Of a stretch of 32,000 nucleotides of DNA, positions 19,256-27,680 are shown in pieces; the stretch's first letter is position 1, and each line of letters starts with the position of its first letter. Origin of the DNA: Candidatus Electrothrix yaqonensis (lineage in GTDB: Bacteria; Desulfobacterota; Desulfobulbia; Desulfobulbales; Desulfobulbaceae). Location of the stretch: positions 2,640,001 through 2,672,000 of the forward strand of contig CP178758.1 of NCBI GenBank assembly GCA_047651235.1, written 5' to 3'. The notes beneath the pieces were generated by a model, which was given only the letters and a program-made list of their open reading frames with translations, was not told the origin of the DNA and made no database searches. Position numbers and translations under genes: made by a program.

Positions 19256-21496
19256 TCATCTTTTCTGACTGTGCTTCTGCTTCTGCCGTTCCTGCAGCTT
19301 TTCAAAGAAGCCCTTGAGGTTGAGCTTGATGCCGACAACAGGGATAGTCCATTCCGGTTCAACAAGCTCGGTGAGCAGCTCCACCCATGTTGTCGTATCC
19401 TGCGGACTGGCTTTCTCTGCCACTCTTTCCAGTTCTGCCTTATCCTTCGGCTGTACCAGGCCAAGCAGCTCACACACGCTGTAACGCTTCTTTGAACCCT
19501 CGGCAATATAGAGGTCACTGCCCGCTTCTGCGTATTCCAGCAGGGTTTGGTAATCAGCACTGACATGCGGGTCATCCGGCATGGGCACCCGTTCACTGAC
19601 GGTAAGCTTCTCAAAGCTGGAGTTGATGTCGGTGAGCAGGTAGCGGAGATAATGCAGATACTCCCTTGGGGTATCGCCCTGCACCCAAAGATTGATGCGC
19701 CGAGCCTCCACATCCGCCTTGACCAGGGCCTGTGACCCGCTGCGCTTGTCCGCCAGCAGCACCCCGGTACGCCAGCGGGTCTCATCATGAATATCCTTAT
19801 GCACCTTGACCATGAAGCGGGGAAAGACGGATGGCGGCAGGAAGTCGGGATAATGGAGGGCGAAACGAAGGGCGCCGTCCTTGCTGAAGCTGATGTCCGG
19901 CTCCGGTACCGGCAGAAGCTGCGGGATGAGCACAGCATCCCTGCCAAGGTCATAGCACAGCTCGAAATTCTGCATCAGGCGCATAATATAAGCGTGCGTC
20001 TCCTGCGGGCAGCAGAGTTTGTCCCCGCAACGCTGCGGCAGGAGTTTGCCTACGTCCTTCAGGGCCAGGAAGCCCTTGCTGTCCGCCATCTGCTCGGAAG
20101 TGATGATCGTATAGACCGCATTGGTGACCCAGACCGGGTTGAGCACGCTCATGGCATCAAGAATGAAGTCCCGGAAATGGACGGCCACGCCCAGATCATG
20201 GAGGAAGTCCGCCAGTATCTCCCGGCTCTCCTCGCCAGTGATGCCTGCCTCGGCACAATAGCCCGTGTATTCCTCCTGGCTGATGTAGGGCTTGTCCATC
20301 TCCTCCAGCTTGCCCTTGACCGCAAACCAGCTTGTCGGCCAGATGATACTGAGCATGTTGATCTTAGCCAGCTCGGCCAGCAGGGCCTCTTTGAACTCCG
20401 GCACCCCCTTGCCGCTCTTGCAGGAGAGAGGAAAGAAGCCGCAGATGCCGGGATACTTTTCCCGCAGGAAGGGTCGGTTGACATCAAAGGAGGGGTTGCT
20501 GTCTATCTTGTTGAGCACCACCAGCACCGGCGAGTCCCCGCCAAAGGTCTCCACATGCCGCAGCCAGTATTCCGTGCTCTCATCCTTGCGACTGTCAAGC
20601 ACCAGGACATAGAGGCTCCGCTTGGAGAGGAAGAACTGATGGGTGGCGTGCTGGATCTCCTGGCCGCCAAAGTCCCAGACATTGGCCCTGATCTGCTTGC
20701 CCGCGCATTCCGGCTCCCAGCCCTGAATGCTGATGCCGTGGGTGGTGTCCTCGTGCTCGTCAAAAGGGTGACCACGCAGCTGCTTGACCAGGGAGGTCTT
20801 GCCTGCGGCCCCGTCACCGATAAGGAGAATCTTCACCTCGTTCAGTGCCTGCTGACCTTTCTCCAGTTCAGCGAAATACTCCTGCATCACCTCTATCCCC
20901 TTTACGGCAATCTCCAGCGGCGGGCAGAGGAGCGGGTTGTCGCCGAGGAGAAGCATTCTCAGCTTGGTGAGCTGGCAGATCTCCGGCGGCAGGGTGGTAA
21001 GCTGGTTGGCGCCGAGGAAAAGCGTCGTTAGATTGGTAAGCTGGAACAGCTCCGGCGGCAGGGCGGTGAGCCGGTTGCTGTCGAGGGAAAGCCCCATCAG
21101 ATTCGTGAGCTGGCAGATCTCTGACGGCAGGCTGCTCAACTGGTTGAATCTGAGGTTAAGCCGCGTTAGCTTGGTGAGCTGTCCAATTTCCTGCGGCAGG
21201 CTGCTCAACTGGTTGAGGCTGAGGTCAAGCCTCGTCAGATTCGTGAGCTGGTAGATTTCCTGCGGCAGGGCAGTAAGTTGGTTGAAGCTAAGGTCAAGCT
21301 CCGTCAGCTTGGTGAGCTGTCCGATTTCCGGCGGTAGGCTGGTGAGCTGGTTGCCGATGAGGTCAAGTACCCTCAGGTTCGTGAGCTGGCCGATTTCCGG
21401 CGGCACGGTAGTAAGTTCTCTTCCTCTCAGGTCAAGCTCCGTTGCCCCGCTGGCCTTGGCCTTCTCTATCTCCTGCAACACTTCTTCATTCATCAT
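19256..21496 (-). CDS. Bacterial ROCO protein: LRR - Roc GTPase - COR
   Basis: About eight tandem 23-aa LRRs (LTxLPxEIxQLTxLxxLxLxxNQ). Roc G-motifs are present: GDGAAGKT (G1), WDFGGQE (G3) and LNKID (G4). A COR-like region follows (NPVWVTNAVY...LIPQLLP...RFMV) and then a roughly 110-aa tail. The ORF is open to 21535. The ATG at 21496 has AGGAGG 7 nt upstream. Confidence 0.88.
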   Translation of the reverse strand: MMNEEVLQEIEKAKASGATELDLRGRELTTVPPEIGQLTNLRVLDLIGNQLTSLPPEIGQLTKLTELDLSFNQLTALPQEIYQLTNLTRLDLSLNQLSSLPQEIGQLTKLTRLNLRFNQLSSLPSEICQLTNLMGLSLDSNRLTALPPELFQLTNLTTLFLGANQLTTLPPEICQLTKLRMLLLGDNPLLCPPLEIAVKGIEVMQEYFAELEKGQQALNEVKILLIGDGAAGKTSLVKQLRGHPFDEHEDTTHGISIQGWEPECAGKQIRANVWDFGGQEIQHATHQFFLSKRSLYVLVLDSRKDESTEYWLRHVETFGGDSPVLVVLNKIDSNPSFDVNRPFLREKYPGICGFFPLSCKSGKGVPEFKEALLAELAKINMLSIIWPTSWFAVKGKLEEMDKPYISQEEYTGYCAEAGITGEESREILADFLHDLGVAVHFRDFILDAMSVLNPVWVTNAVYTIITSEQMADSKGFLALKDVGKLLPQRCGDKLCCPQETHAYIMRLMQNFELCYDLGRDAVLIPQLLPVPEPDISFSKDGALRFALHYPDFLPPSVFPRFMVKVHKDIHDETRWRTGVLLADKRSGSQALVKADVEARRINLWVQGDTPREYLHYLRYLLTDINSSFEKLTVSERVPMPDDPHVSADYQTLLEYAEAGSDLYIAEGSKKRYSVCELLGLVQPKDKAELERVAEKASPQDTTTWVELLTELVEPEWTIPVVGIKLNLKGFFEKLQERQKQKHSQKR
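20921..21439 (-). repeat. 69-bp periodic coding repeats (LRR modules of the ROCO gene)
   Basis: GGTGAGCTGnCnGATTTCCGGCGGCAGG-type units recur every 69 bp at the DNA level. They match the 23-aa LRR period. Confidence 0.85.
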
Positions 21497-21535
21497 CGCC
21501 TGCCCTCCTGTGGTGTTGGTTAAGTTATCCGGCAT

Positions 21536-21665
21536 TCGGAGTCATACTGTTGGTAAGGAGCGAGTCATACTGCTGACTCGGTCGGAGTCATACTGTTGGT
21601 AAGGAGCGAGTCATACTGTTGACTCGGCCGGAGTCATATTGTTGGTAAGGAGCGAGTCACAGCAC
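21536..21665. repeat. About 2.7 copies of a 46-bp tandem repeat (two 23-bp half-units) carrying 20-bp perfect palindromes, upstream of the ROCO gene
   Basis: Units lie at 21536-21581, 21582-21627 and 21628-~21665. GAGTCA recurs at 21539, 21562, 21585, 21608, 21631 and 21654, a 23-bp phase. The palindromes are CGAGTCATACTGCTGACTCG (21561-21580) and CGAGTCATACTGTTGACTCG (21607-21626). Confidence 0.9.
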
Positions 21666-21737
21666 GCTCATGACAACATCCGTCCATGCTGCTCATACTA
21701 AGGAGCTGCATCGGCTTTGTCAAGGAAATGGATAGGT

Positions 21738-21806
21738 TGATCATCTTCAAAGAACATCTCGTCAAAGTCACCCATCCGGCAGAAAAGAATGTTCGCATCC
21801 GCAACG
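21738..21806 (-). pseudogene. Second, diverged relic of the mutS 5' region (about 21 codons)
   Basis: The minus strand reads VADANILFCRMGDFDEMFFEDD, versus [22 protein letters not shown] in the 18853-19140 fragment. A 31-nt core (21747-21777 vs 19001-19031) differs at only 2 positions. The relic lies directly after the polA stop. Confidence 0.6.
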
Positions 21807-21819
21807 TTACTGAACGAGT

Positions 21820-24534
21820 TCACTCCCCCTTATCCAGACTCGGCCCTGCCTCGGTATTGACCTTGAGCGGCACATCCAGCTCCATGACCGACTCCATCGT
21901 CTCCTTCACCATAGCAGCAACAGAATCAAGCTCATCTTCCGGTACTTCCAGGACCAGTTCATCGTGAATCTGCAGGAGCAGACGGGCCTGGGCCTGCTGA
22001 GTACGTAGCTCCTCATGCACCTTGAGCATAGCCAGCTTGATGATGTCCGAGGCCGTGCCCTGGATGGGCGTGTTGATGGCCATGCGCTCGGCAAACTGGC
22101 GGCGGTTATGGTTGGAGGCATTGATCTCCGGCAGCTGTCTGCGGCGGCCCAGCAGGGTGGTGACATACCCGTTTGTGCGGGCCTGTTCCATGATGCTGTC
22201 CATGAACTGCTGAATCTCCGGATAATGGGCAAAGTAGCGATCAATAAAGGTCTGGGCCTCCTTGCGGCTGATGCCGAGCTGCCGGGACAGGCCAAAGGCG
22301 GACATGCCGTAGACAATGCCGAAGTTGATGCTCTTGGCCACCCGGCGCATCTCCCCGGTGATCATGGGCAGGGCCACCTGAAAGATCTCTGCGGCTGTCT
22401 GCGTATGGATATCCTGATCACTTCGGAAGGCCTCCATCAGGGCAGCATCCTGGCTGTAATGGGCCAGAACCCGGAGATCGATCTGGGAGTAGTCCGCAGA
22501 AAGCAGCAGCCATCCTTGCCGGGAAATAAAGGCTGACCGGATGCGGCGGCCTTCTTCGCTGCGGATAGGGATGTTCTGCAGATTCGGGTTGCTGGAGCTG
22601 AGTCTGCCTGTGGCTGTACCCCACTGGTTGAACGAGGAATGCACCCGACCGGTAATCGGGCTGATATGCCCCTGCAGCTTGTCCACATAGGTGGATTTCA
22701 GCTTGGCCAAGTTGCGGAACCGGACAATCAGGGCAGGCAGCTCATGCTTATGGGACAGAGCCTCCAGCACCTTGACATCCGTGGAATAGCCGGTCTTGGT
22801 CTTGCGGCCTTTGGGAAGCCCGATTTCGTCAAACAGGACTTCGGCCAGCTGCTGCGAAGAGTTGATATTGAACGAATGCCCGGCAACAGTGTAGATTTCC
22901 TGCTCAAGCACCTCCAGCCGTTTGGCAAATTCCGTGGCCAACTCCTGCAGGACCTCCCGGTCCACCAGAATGCCGCTGTTCTCCATTGCCGCCAGGACCG
23001 GGATCAGCGTTCCTTCCACCTCGGCAAAGAGCTGCCACAGACTCTGCTCTTCCAGAGCAGGCTGTTGTTCCTGGAAAAGGCGCAGGCTGCCGTAGACATC
23101 TTCGCAGCTGTAATTCGCTGCCTGCTCAGGATCAACCCGGCAGAAGGCATCCGGTGTTTTGTCATCGCCTACCACCTCGGCAAAGGAGGTCAGTTTCAGG
23201 TCGATTTTCTGACACAGGTCATCCAGCTTATAGGAGCGGCGACCGGGATCAAGCAGCCAGGCCCCGATCATGGTGTCGTACAGCGGCCCGACCAGCCGGA
23301 TGCCGCCGTTCTGCGGAGCTGCCAGCACAGCATAGTCGTACTTGAGATTATGGCCGATCTTGGCAACCGCAGGATCAGTGAGCAGCGGACCGAGCAGATC
23401 GATAATATCCTGCAGGGAAAGCTGATCCGGCAGAAGTTCGCCCTGTTCATCCCTATGACCACAGGCCAGATACCATGCCTGCTCTGTATCGGTGCAGAGC
23501 GAGATACCAACCAGCTCCGCTGCCAGCGGGTCCAGGGAGGTGGTCTCCGTATCCACGACCAGATGCTCTGCCCCGTGCAGCTGCCGGACCAGCTGCTCCA
23601 GTTCTTCCCGCTGCCGGACCAGGACAAAGCCGTCCGTGCTGACCTTGGCAGCCGGGACATCGGCCTTGAGCAGGGTGAAAAACTCCAGCTCGGTGAGCAA
23701 GGCGCGCAGGGCCTCCGGGTCGGGTTCGGTAACTTGGTAGGCGCTCAGCTCTGTCTCAACCTCGGCCTGATCCTGCAGGCGCACCAAGTCACGGGAAAGA
23801 AAAGCATCATCCCTATGGGCAATGAGCCGCTCCTTCATCTTGGATTTCTTCAGGCCCTCGACCTGTTCATACAGCCCTTCCAGCGTCCTGTGCTCCTTGA
23901 GCAGCTTCTGCGCCGTCTTCGGCCCCACCCCCGGCACCCCGCTGATATTATCTGAGGAGTCGCCGACCAGGGCAAAATAATCCAGCAAACGTTCCGGGCC
24001 GAGTCCGTATTTTTCCTTCACCGCAGCTGTGTCCATGAGCCGGTCGTTCATGGGATCCCACAGGATAATGTCTTCAGAAACCAGCTGGAGCAGATCTTTG
24101 TCCCCGGAGACTACCACCACCTTACAGCCCTGTTCGACCAGCAGTCGGGCCGCTGAGGCGATCAGGTCATCAGCCTCCACGTCAGCAGCCGACATGCTCA
24201 GTAGGTTGTAGGCCGCAACTATCTGGTGGATATACGGAATCTGGGCAATGAGATCCTCAGGCATGGGCGGGCGGTTGGCCTTGTAGTCGGCTGCAATCTG
24301 ATGACGGAATACCGGCCCCTTGGTATCAAAGGCCACAGCAAGATATTCCGGCTGCTTTTCCCGCAGGATGCGGCGCAGAATAGTGGTAAAACCGTACACG
24401 GCATGGGTGGGCAGCCCGGCGCTGTTGCTCAGAGGGCGGATAGCATGATAGGCCCGATAAATATAGGCGCTGCCATCGATCAGGTAGACTTCTTTCTTTT
24501 GGGGCACTGGGAACAGCTCAGTCTGCTGGCTCAT
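21820..24534 (-). CDS. polA: DNA polymerase I
   Basis: The 5'-nuclease N-terminus reads YLIDGSAYIYRAYHA. Polymerase motifs are present: LLSADYSQIDLRVLAH (A), RRVAKSINFGIVYGMS (B) and LQIHDELVLEV (C). Confidence 0.96.
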   Translation of the reverse strand: MSQQTELFPVPQKKEVYLIDGSAYIYRAYHAIRPLSNSAGLPTHAVYGFTTILRRILREKQPEYLAVAFDTKGPVFRHQIAADYKANRPPMPEDLIAQIPYIHQIVAAYNLLSMSAADVEADDLIASAARLLVEQGCKVVVVSGDKDLLQLVSEDIILWDPMNDRLMDTAAVKEKYGLGPERLLDYFALVGDSSDNISGVPGVGPKTAQKLLKEHRTLEGLYEQVEGLKKSKMKERLIAHRDDAFLSRDLVRLQDQAEVETELSAYQVTEPDPEALRALLTELEFFTLLKADVPAAKVSTDGFVLVRQREELEQLVRQLHGAEHLVVDTETTSLDPLAAELVGISLCTDTEQAWYLACGHRDEQGELLPDQLSLQDIIDLLGPLLTDPAVAKIGHNLKYDYAVLAAPQNGGIRLVGPLYDTMIGAWLLDPGRRSYKLDDLCQKIDLKLTSFAEVVGDDKTPDAFCRVDPEQAANYSCEDVYGSLRLFQEQQPALEEQSLWQLFAEVEGTLIPVLAAMENSGILVDREVLQELATEFAKRLEVLEQEIYTVAGHSFNINSSQQLAEVLFDEIGLPKGRKTKTGYSTDVKVLEALSHKHELPALIVRFRNLAKLKSTYVDKLQGHISPITGRVHSSFNQWGTATGRLSSSNPNLQNIPIRSEEGRRIRSAFISRQGWLLLSADYSQIDLRVLAHYSQDAALMEAFRSDQDIHTQTAAEIFQVALPMITGEMRRVAKSINFGIVYGMSAFGLSRQLGISRKEAQTFIDRYFAHYPEIQQFMDSIMEQARTNGYVTTLLGRRRQLPEINASNHNRRQFAERMAINTPIQGTASDIIKLAMLKVHEELRTQQAQARLLLQIHDELVLEVPEDELDSVAAMVKETMESVMELDVPLKVNTEAGPSLDKGE

Positions 24535-24570
24535 AATAGAAAAGAGGAAAAGGAGGGTTAGAGAGGAGGA

Positions 24571-25062
24571 TTAGCGTTGCATCTGCGCCTGCGCATTCCG
24601 CATCAGGCCGAGCAGGTTTTGCGGATTAAGCCCGATAAAATATCGATATTTCTTGGGCGGATGCAGCTGCTGCATGATTCTGCCGTCCGGATAGAGTGCA
24701 AAGGTCTTGGGTACATATCCGCCGTCAAACCGGTAGGCATTGGCGAGTTTACGGCGTTCCGCCGTGTTGACGCGGATCATGACAAAGGCGGCGGCAGCAT
24801 CGGCAATGCTCGGCTGATGCAGCACCCGGCGGCTGTAGTTCCTGCAGGTGGAACAGGAGTGGGAGTAGAGGATGAGAATCGCAGGTTTGTTTTCCCGTTT
24901 CGCCTTTGCCAGTCCTTCCTCGTAGTCGTACCAGTGAATCCCGCTGTCGTTCCAGGATATTTTTCCCTTTCCCCCTGCTGCCGGACAGTCACTTCCTGTC
25001 GCTGTCAGGAGAAGTACGAGCATCAATAATACAAGTTGGTACAGCCTGCCGTTCTTTTTCAC
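24571..25062 (-). CDS. Secreted thioredoxin-fold protein (CxxC)
   Basis: A signal peptide is followed by WYDYEEGLAKAKRENKPAILILYSHSCSTCRNY. This layout is typical of the thioredoxin_7/DUF255-like family. Confidence 0.7.
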   Translation of the reverse strand: MKKNGRLYQLVLLMLVLLLTATGSDCPAAGGKGKISWNDSGIHWYDYEEGLAKAKRENKPAILILYSHSCSTCRNYSRRVLHQPSIADAAAAFVMIRVNTAERRKLANAYRFDGGYVPKTFALYPDGRIMQQLHPPKKYRYFIGLNPQNLLGLMRNAQAQMQR

Positions 25063-25370
25063 AATCTTCCGCCCTTATCCTGTTTGCCTTGGTGATTATG
25101 CGTCGGCCTGATCCCGGATCAGAATCGAACAAGATACTATACAGAGTGGAAGGGAGAAACGCAAATGTGGGTACTGATGTTTTGAGCAGTCGGTATAATT
25201 TTCCCCAAATTTCTGACCACATGTTATAGCAGTTTTATCTTGATTTTATATCGTTTTCTTGTAATTGCTCAGCCTGTTAAAGGCCGCCTTCCGTTATCCA
25301 TGAAGGCGCCCTTGTTTATTGCGTAGCCTGGGTTTAATACCCCGCCGCTTGCGGCGCATGTAGAAAACGA

Positions 25371-25386
25371 TTATTTCTACTTTGGC
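25371..25386 (+). repeat. Solo terminal-repeat-like sequence matching the MITE end at 31019-31030
   Basis: TTCTACTTTGGC at 25375-25386 is identical to 31019-31030. With flanks, TTATTTCTACTTTGGC compares with TTAATTCTACTTTGGC. Confidence 0.45.
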
Positions 25387-25388
25387 AC

Positions 25389-25598
25389 TCACAAAGGCTG
25401 TTGTAATAATTTGCAATTCGGTTGTTTCTCATATGCGAAATCAATCGAAGCTTGCCTCTTTTCATGCCGTTGACAAAGCTGTCTTATAACTTCATCTTCG
25501 TTTACATCTCGACGTGGAAGAATTGACTTGAGTAATGTTGTTATATCAGCGCAACTCAATAACGGGACACCGACTTGATGGTATAGCTGGAGCAACAT
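25389..25598 (-). CDS. Hypothetical 69-aa protein (uncertain)
   Basis: The ORF has a natural-looking sequence (DITTLLKSILPRRDVNEDEVIRQLCQRHEKRQ). I recognise no family. It lies inside the IS-remnant patch and may be spurious. Confidence 0.3.
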   Translation of the reverse strand: MLLQLYHQVGVPLLSCADITTLLKSILPRRDVNEDEVIRQLCQRHEKRQASIDFAYEKQPNCKLLQQPL

Positions 25599-25739
25599 AA
25601 TTTGAATATGCCCACAAGAGGCATAAGTTTTGCCTTCACGCCTTTCAGATAGCTGATCCTGTATTCAGTTTATACTGCTCCAGCTATAGCGGTAAAAAAA
25701 ACACATTGGCATCCGCCGTTTCTGTCAAATCACCAAGTT

Positions 25740-26618
25740 TTGCAGGAGGTCTATTATGGGATAACATTACCGGTAAGTACTGTCCGAAATATCACGGAGA
25801 CTCACGCCCGACACATACATGAAAGACGTCGACAGGAGAGAATTGAAGAATATCCGTCTATAAAGGGACGGGACTTCGTTATTGCCGAGACGGACGGCAG
25901 CATGGTTCCGATTGTCCTGACGGATACAGATGCCAGGGACCGGCGCAAAGGTAAAAAGCACAGCTGGAAAGAAGCACGTCTGAGTATAGCTCATGTTCTC
26001 GGTGAAAGGACGCTTAAATTCGGCGTTGAATTTCAGGAAAACGTTGACGAGTCGGGAAAGGTTCTCTTTGATTGCGCCTGCCGTGCGGGATTCGGTCGGG
26101 GTACATATCTGCACTCAGTGGGTGACGGAGCAACGTGGATTTCCGGGCAGGTGAAAAAACAGTTCGGTTCACAGGGGCGTTACCTTGTCGATTTTTATCA
26201 TGTTTGTGAATACCTGGAGGCTGCTGCACCGGCATGTTCCGGGAAAGACGGAAAAGGATCATGGGGTAAGCAGCAGAAAGAGCGCCTGAAAAAGGGACAG
26301 GAAAAAAAACTGATCGAAGCATTGAAGCCTCATCTTGAGCCGGAAAAGACAGAAGATCAAAATGCACCTGTCCGCTGCTGCCTGCGTTACCTGAGCAACC
26401 GTCCGGGGCAGTTCGACTATCCCGATGCTCAACAGCTTGGTTTACCTATCGGTTCTGGAGAAATAGAAAGTGCGCACCGGTATGTCATCCAGGAACGTCT
26501 GAAAATAGCCGGCGCATGGTGGACACCGGAAAATGCCCGAATCATGCTTTCCCTGAGAGTTGACCGTGCGGACGGATACTGGGATAAATATTGGGAGAAT
26601 ATAAGCTGGGCAGCGTAA
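25740..26618 (+). CDS. ISKra4-family (UPF0236-like) transposase, N-terminally truncated, likely a pseudogene
   Basis: The C-terminal motif is LPIGSGEIESAHRYVIQERLKIAGAWWTPENARIMLSLRVDRADGYWDKYW. The same frame continues upstream to 25587 but contains in-frame stops at 25650-25652 and 25584-25586. The expected N-terminal ~150 aa are missing. Confidence 0.75.
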   Translation: MQEVYYGITLPVSTVRNITETHARHIHERRRQERIEEYPSIKGRDFVIAETDGSMVPIVLTDTDARDRRKGKKHSWKEARLSIAHVLGERTLKFGVEFQENVDESGKVLFDCACRAGFGRGTYLHSVGDGATWISGQVKKQFGSQGRYLVDFYHVCEYLEAAAPACSGKDGKGSWGKQQKERLKKGQEKKLIEALKPHLEPEKTEDQNAPVRCCLRYLSNRPGQFDYPDAQQLGLPIGSGEIESAHRYVIQERLKIAGAWWTPENARIMLSLRVDRADGYWDKYWENISWAA

Positions 26619-26800
26619 GGTGTCAGAAACCGCACTTTTAATCGCACCCGCGATGAGGTATAGTTCGGCCCCGCAGGTATCCGTCGTAATGCATCACAAT
26701 ATAATGAACGTCCGGCAGCAGCCGTAATTATAGTCCTCCTGCCTGTCATCACATCAACAGCAGAGCAGATCAAGTCTGCAGAAGCGGAGAATATACCGAT

Positions 26801-27037
26801 ATGCACAGTACCGCAACCACAGCTGCCATCAGAGGGCCATATATTGAACTGTACAAGCTGCTGAAACGGGAGGACGTAGCTGCAAGCGGCGGTGAGGCAA
26901 AGGCGATGATCAGCGAAGGGCTGATCCGGGTGAACGGAGAGGTGGAAACAAGAAAACGGAAAAAGATTGTTGCCCGTGATACAGTTGAGTATCACGGCGG
27001 GCGGATCACGGTGATCTTCGTAGAGGAAAAAGAATAA
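26801..27037 (+). CDS. ybcJ: S4-domain RNA-binding protein (YbcJ family)
   Basis: IELYKLLKREDVAASGGEAKAMISEGLIRVNGEVETRKRKKIVARDTVEYHG matches the YbcJ-type S4 fold pattern. Confidence 0.8.
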   Translation: MHSTATTAAIRGPYIELYKLLKREDVAASGGEAKAMISEGLIRVNGEVETRKRKKIVARDTVEYHGGRITVIFVEEKE

Positions 27038-27105
27038 CAGAGGGCTGGAGCTTCTGAAGGGTGATCGGCAGGGGCATAGACAGGGTGGAATGCCGGAGGC
27101 AGGGC

Positions 27106-27141
27106 AAAAAAAACCGGGTAACGCGCTGAGCACGTACCCGG
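27106..27141 (-). terminator. Strong rho-independent terminator (minus strand)
   Basis: The stem pairs CCGGGTA (27114-27120) with TACCCGG (27135-27141), with extra CG pairs inside. On the minus strand it is followed by U8 (A8 at 27106-27113 on the plus strand). Confidence 0.8.
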
Positions 27142-27300
27142 TGAATTGCTTTACATACAGCCCGGAAAGCGGAAAGGAAGATTGCCCGAAGGCAGTCCCC
27201 TTTTGTGAAGCACCCACTGGATGCCGCTGAACTGGGCGATGGGTAACAAACCCAACTCCCAAGATGAAGGCTTGAGAGCCGGAGAAGAGGACTACAGCGC
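27142..27300 (-). ncRNA. Candidate structured CU-rich 3' UTR or small RNA (unclassified)
   Basis: No plausible ORF. The minus-strand reading has several local hairpins. They include a UUCG-tetraloop stem UGCC-UUCG-GGCA, GAGUUGGG/CCCAGUUC and CAUCC-AGU-GGGUG. It also has CU-rich tracts (CCUCUUCUCC, UCUUCCUUUCC). The terminator at 27106-27141 closes it. Confidence 0.35.
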
Positions 27301-27301
27301 A

Positions 27302-27646
27302 CTACAGAGTAACGACCTTGGCGACGACGCTCAACAGAGAGCTTGCTGCCTCAAGAATATCTTTTACCTGTTTGAGATCTTTTAAGGCATCCTCCAATTT
27401 TTTTCTCTCAGTCGTCAGGGCATCTTCATTCTGTTCGAGCTTGTCTCGAATATCTTTAAGCTGGGCGTTCACCAGTTTATCCTTCGCATTAAAGCATTTC
27501 ATTGCCCGCAGGCTAGCTTCCTTCCTTTCTGTTTCAGGGAGATTGGCGACTTCCTGATGCCACTCGAAAGACATCATCTCAAGGACTGCCTTGTGAAGAC
27601 ACTTTATGGTCAACTCGCGATTTTTTGACGGTTCCATATTATTCAC
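27302..27646 (-). CDS. Hypothetical small helical/coiled-coil protein, no signal peptide
   Basis: 114 aa, charged with heptad-like sequence (LKDIRDKLEQNEDALTTERKKLEDALKDLKQVKDILE). It lies 34 nt downstream of the lipoprotein gene. The region is AT-richer than the backbone. Confidence 0.6.
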   Translation of the reverse strand: MNNMEPSKNRELTIKCLHKAVLEMMSFEWHQEVANLPETERKEASLRAMKCFNAKDKLVNAQLKDIRDKLEQNEDALTTERKKLEDALKDLKQVKDILEAASSLLSVVAKVVTL

Positions 27647-27680
27647 CTTGTGTATTTGTTCGATTGATTAAAGAAGCTTC

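Noticed and set aside
25331-25381. GTTTAATACCCCGCCGCTTGCGGCG... looked like a lone CRISPR-type repeat.
   Set aside because: There is only one copy and no spacer-repeat periodicity anywhere in the window. It is better described as two local hairpins at an IS-remnant boundary.
27040-27300. Plus-strand reading is purine-rich with many GGA motifs (CsrB/Rsm-like sponge idea). A CCCGGAAAGCGGAAAGGAAG stretch is vaguely like the SRP RNA helix-8 motif.
   Set aside because: The only terminator is on the minus strand, and no plus-strand terminator or promoter is evident. The SRP-like stretch does not reproduce the conserved GGAA tetraloop and symmetric-loop arrangement.
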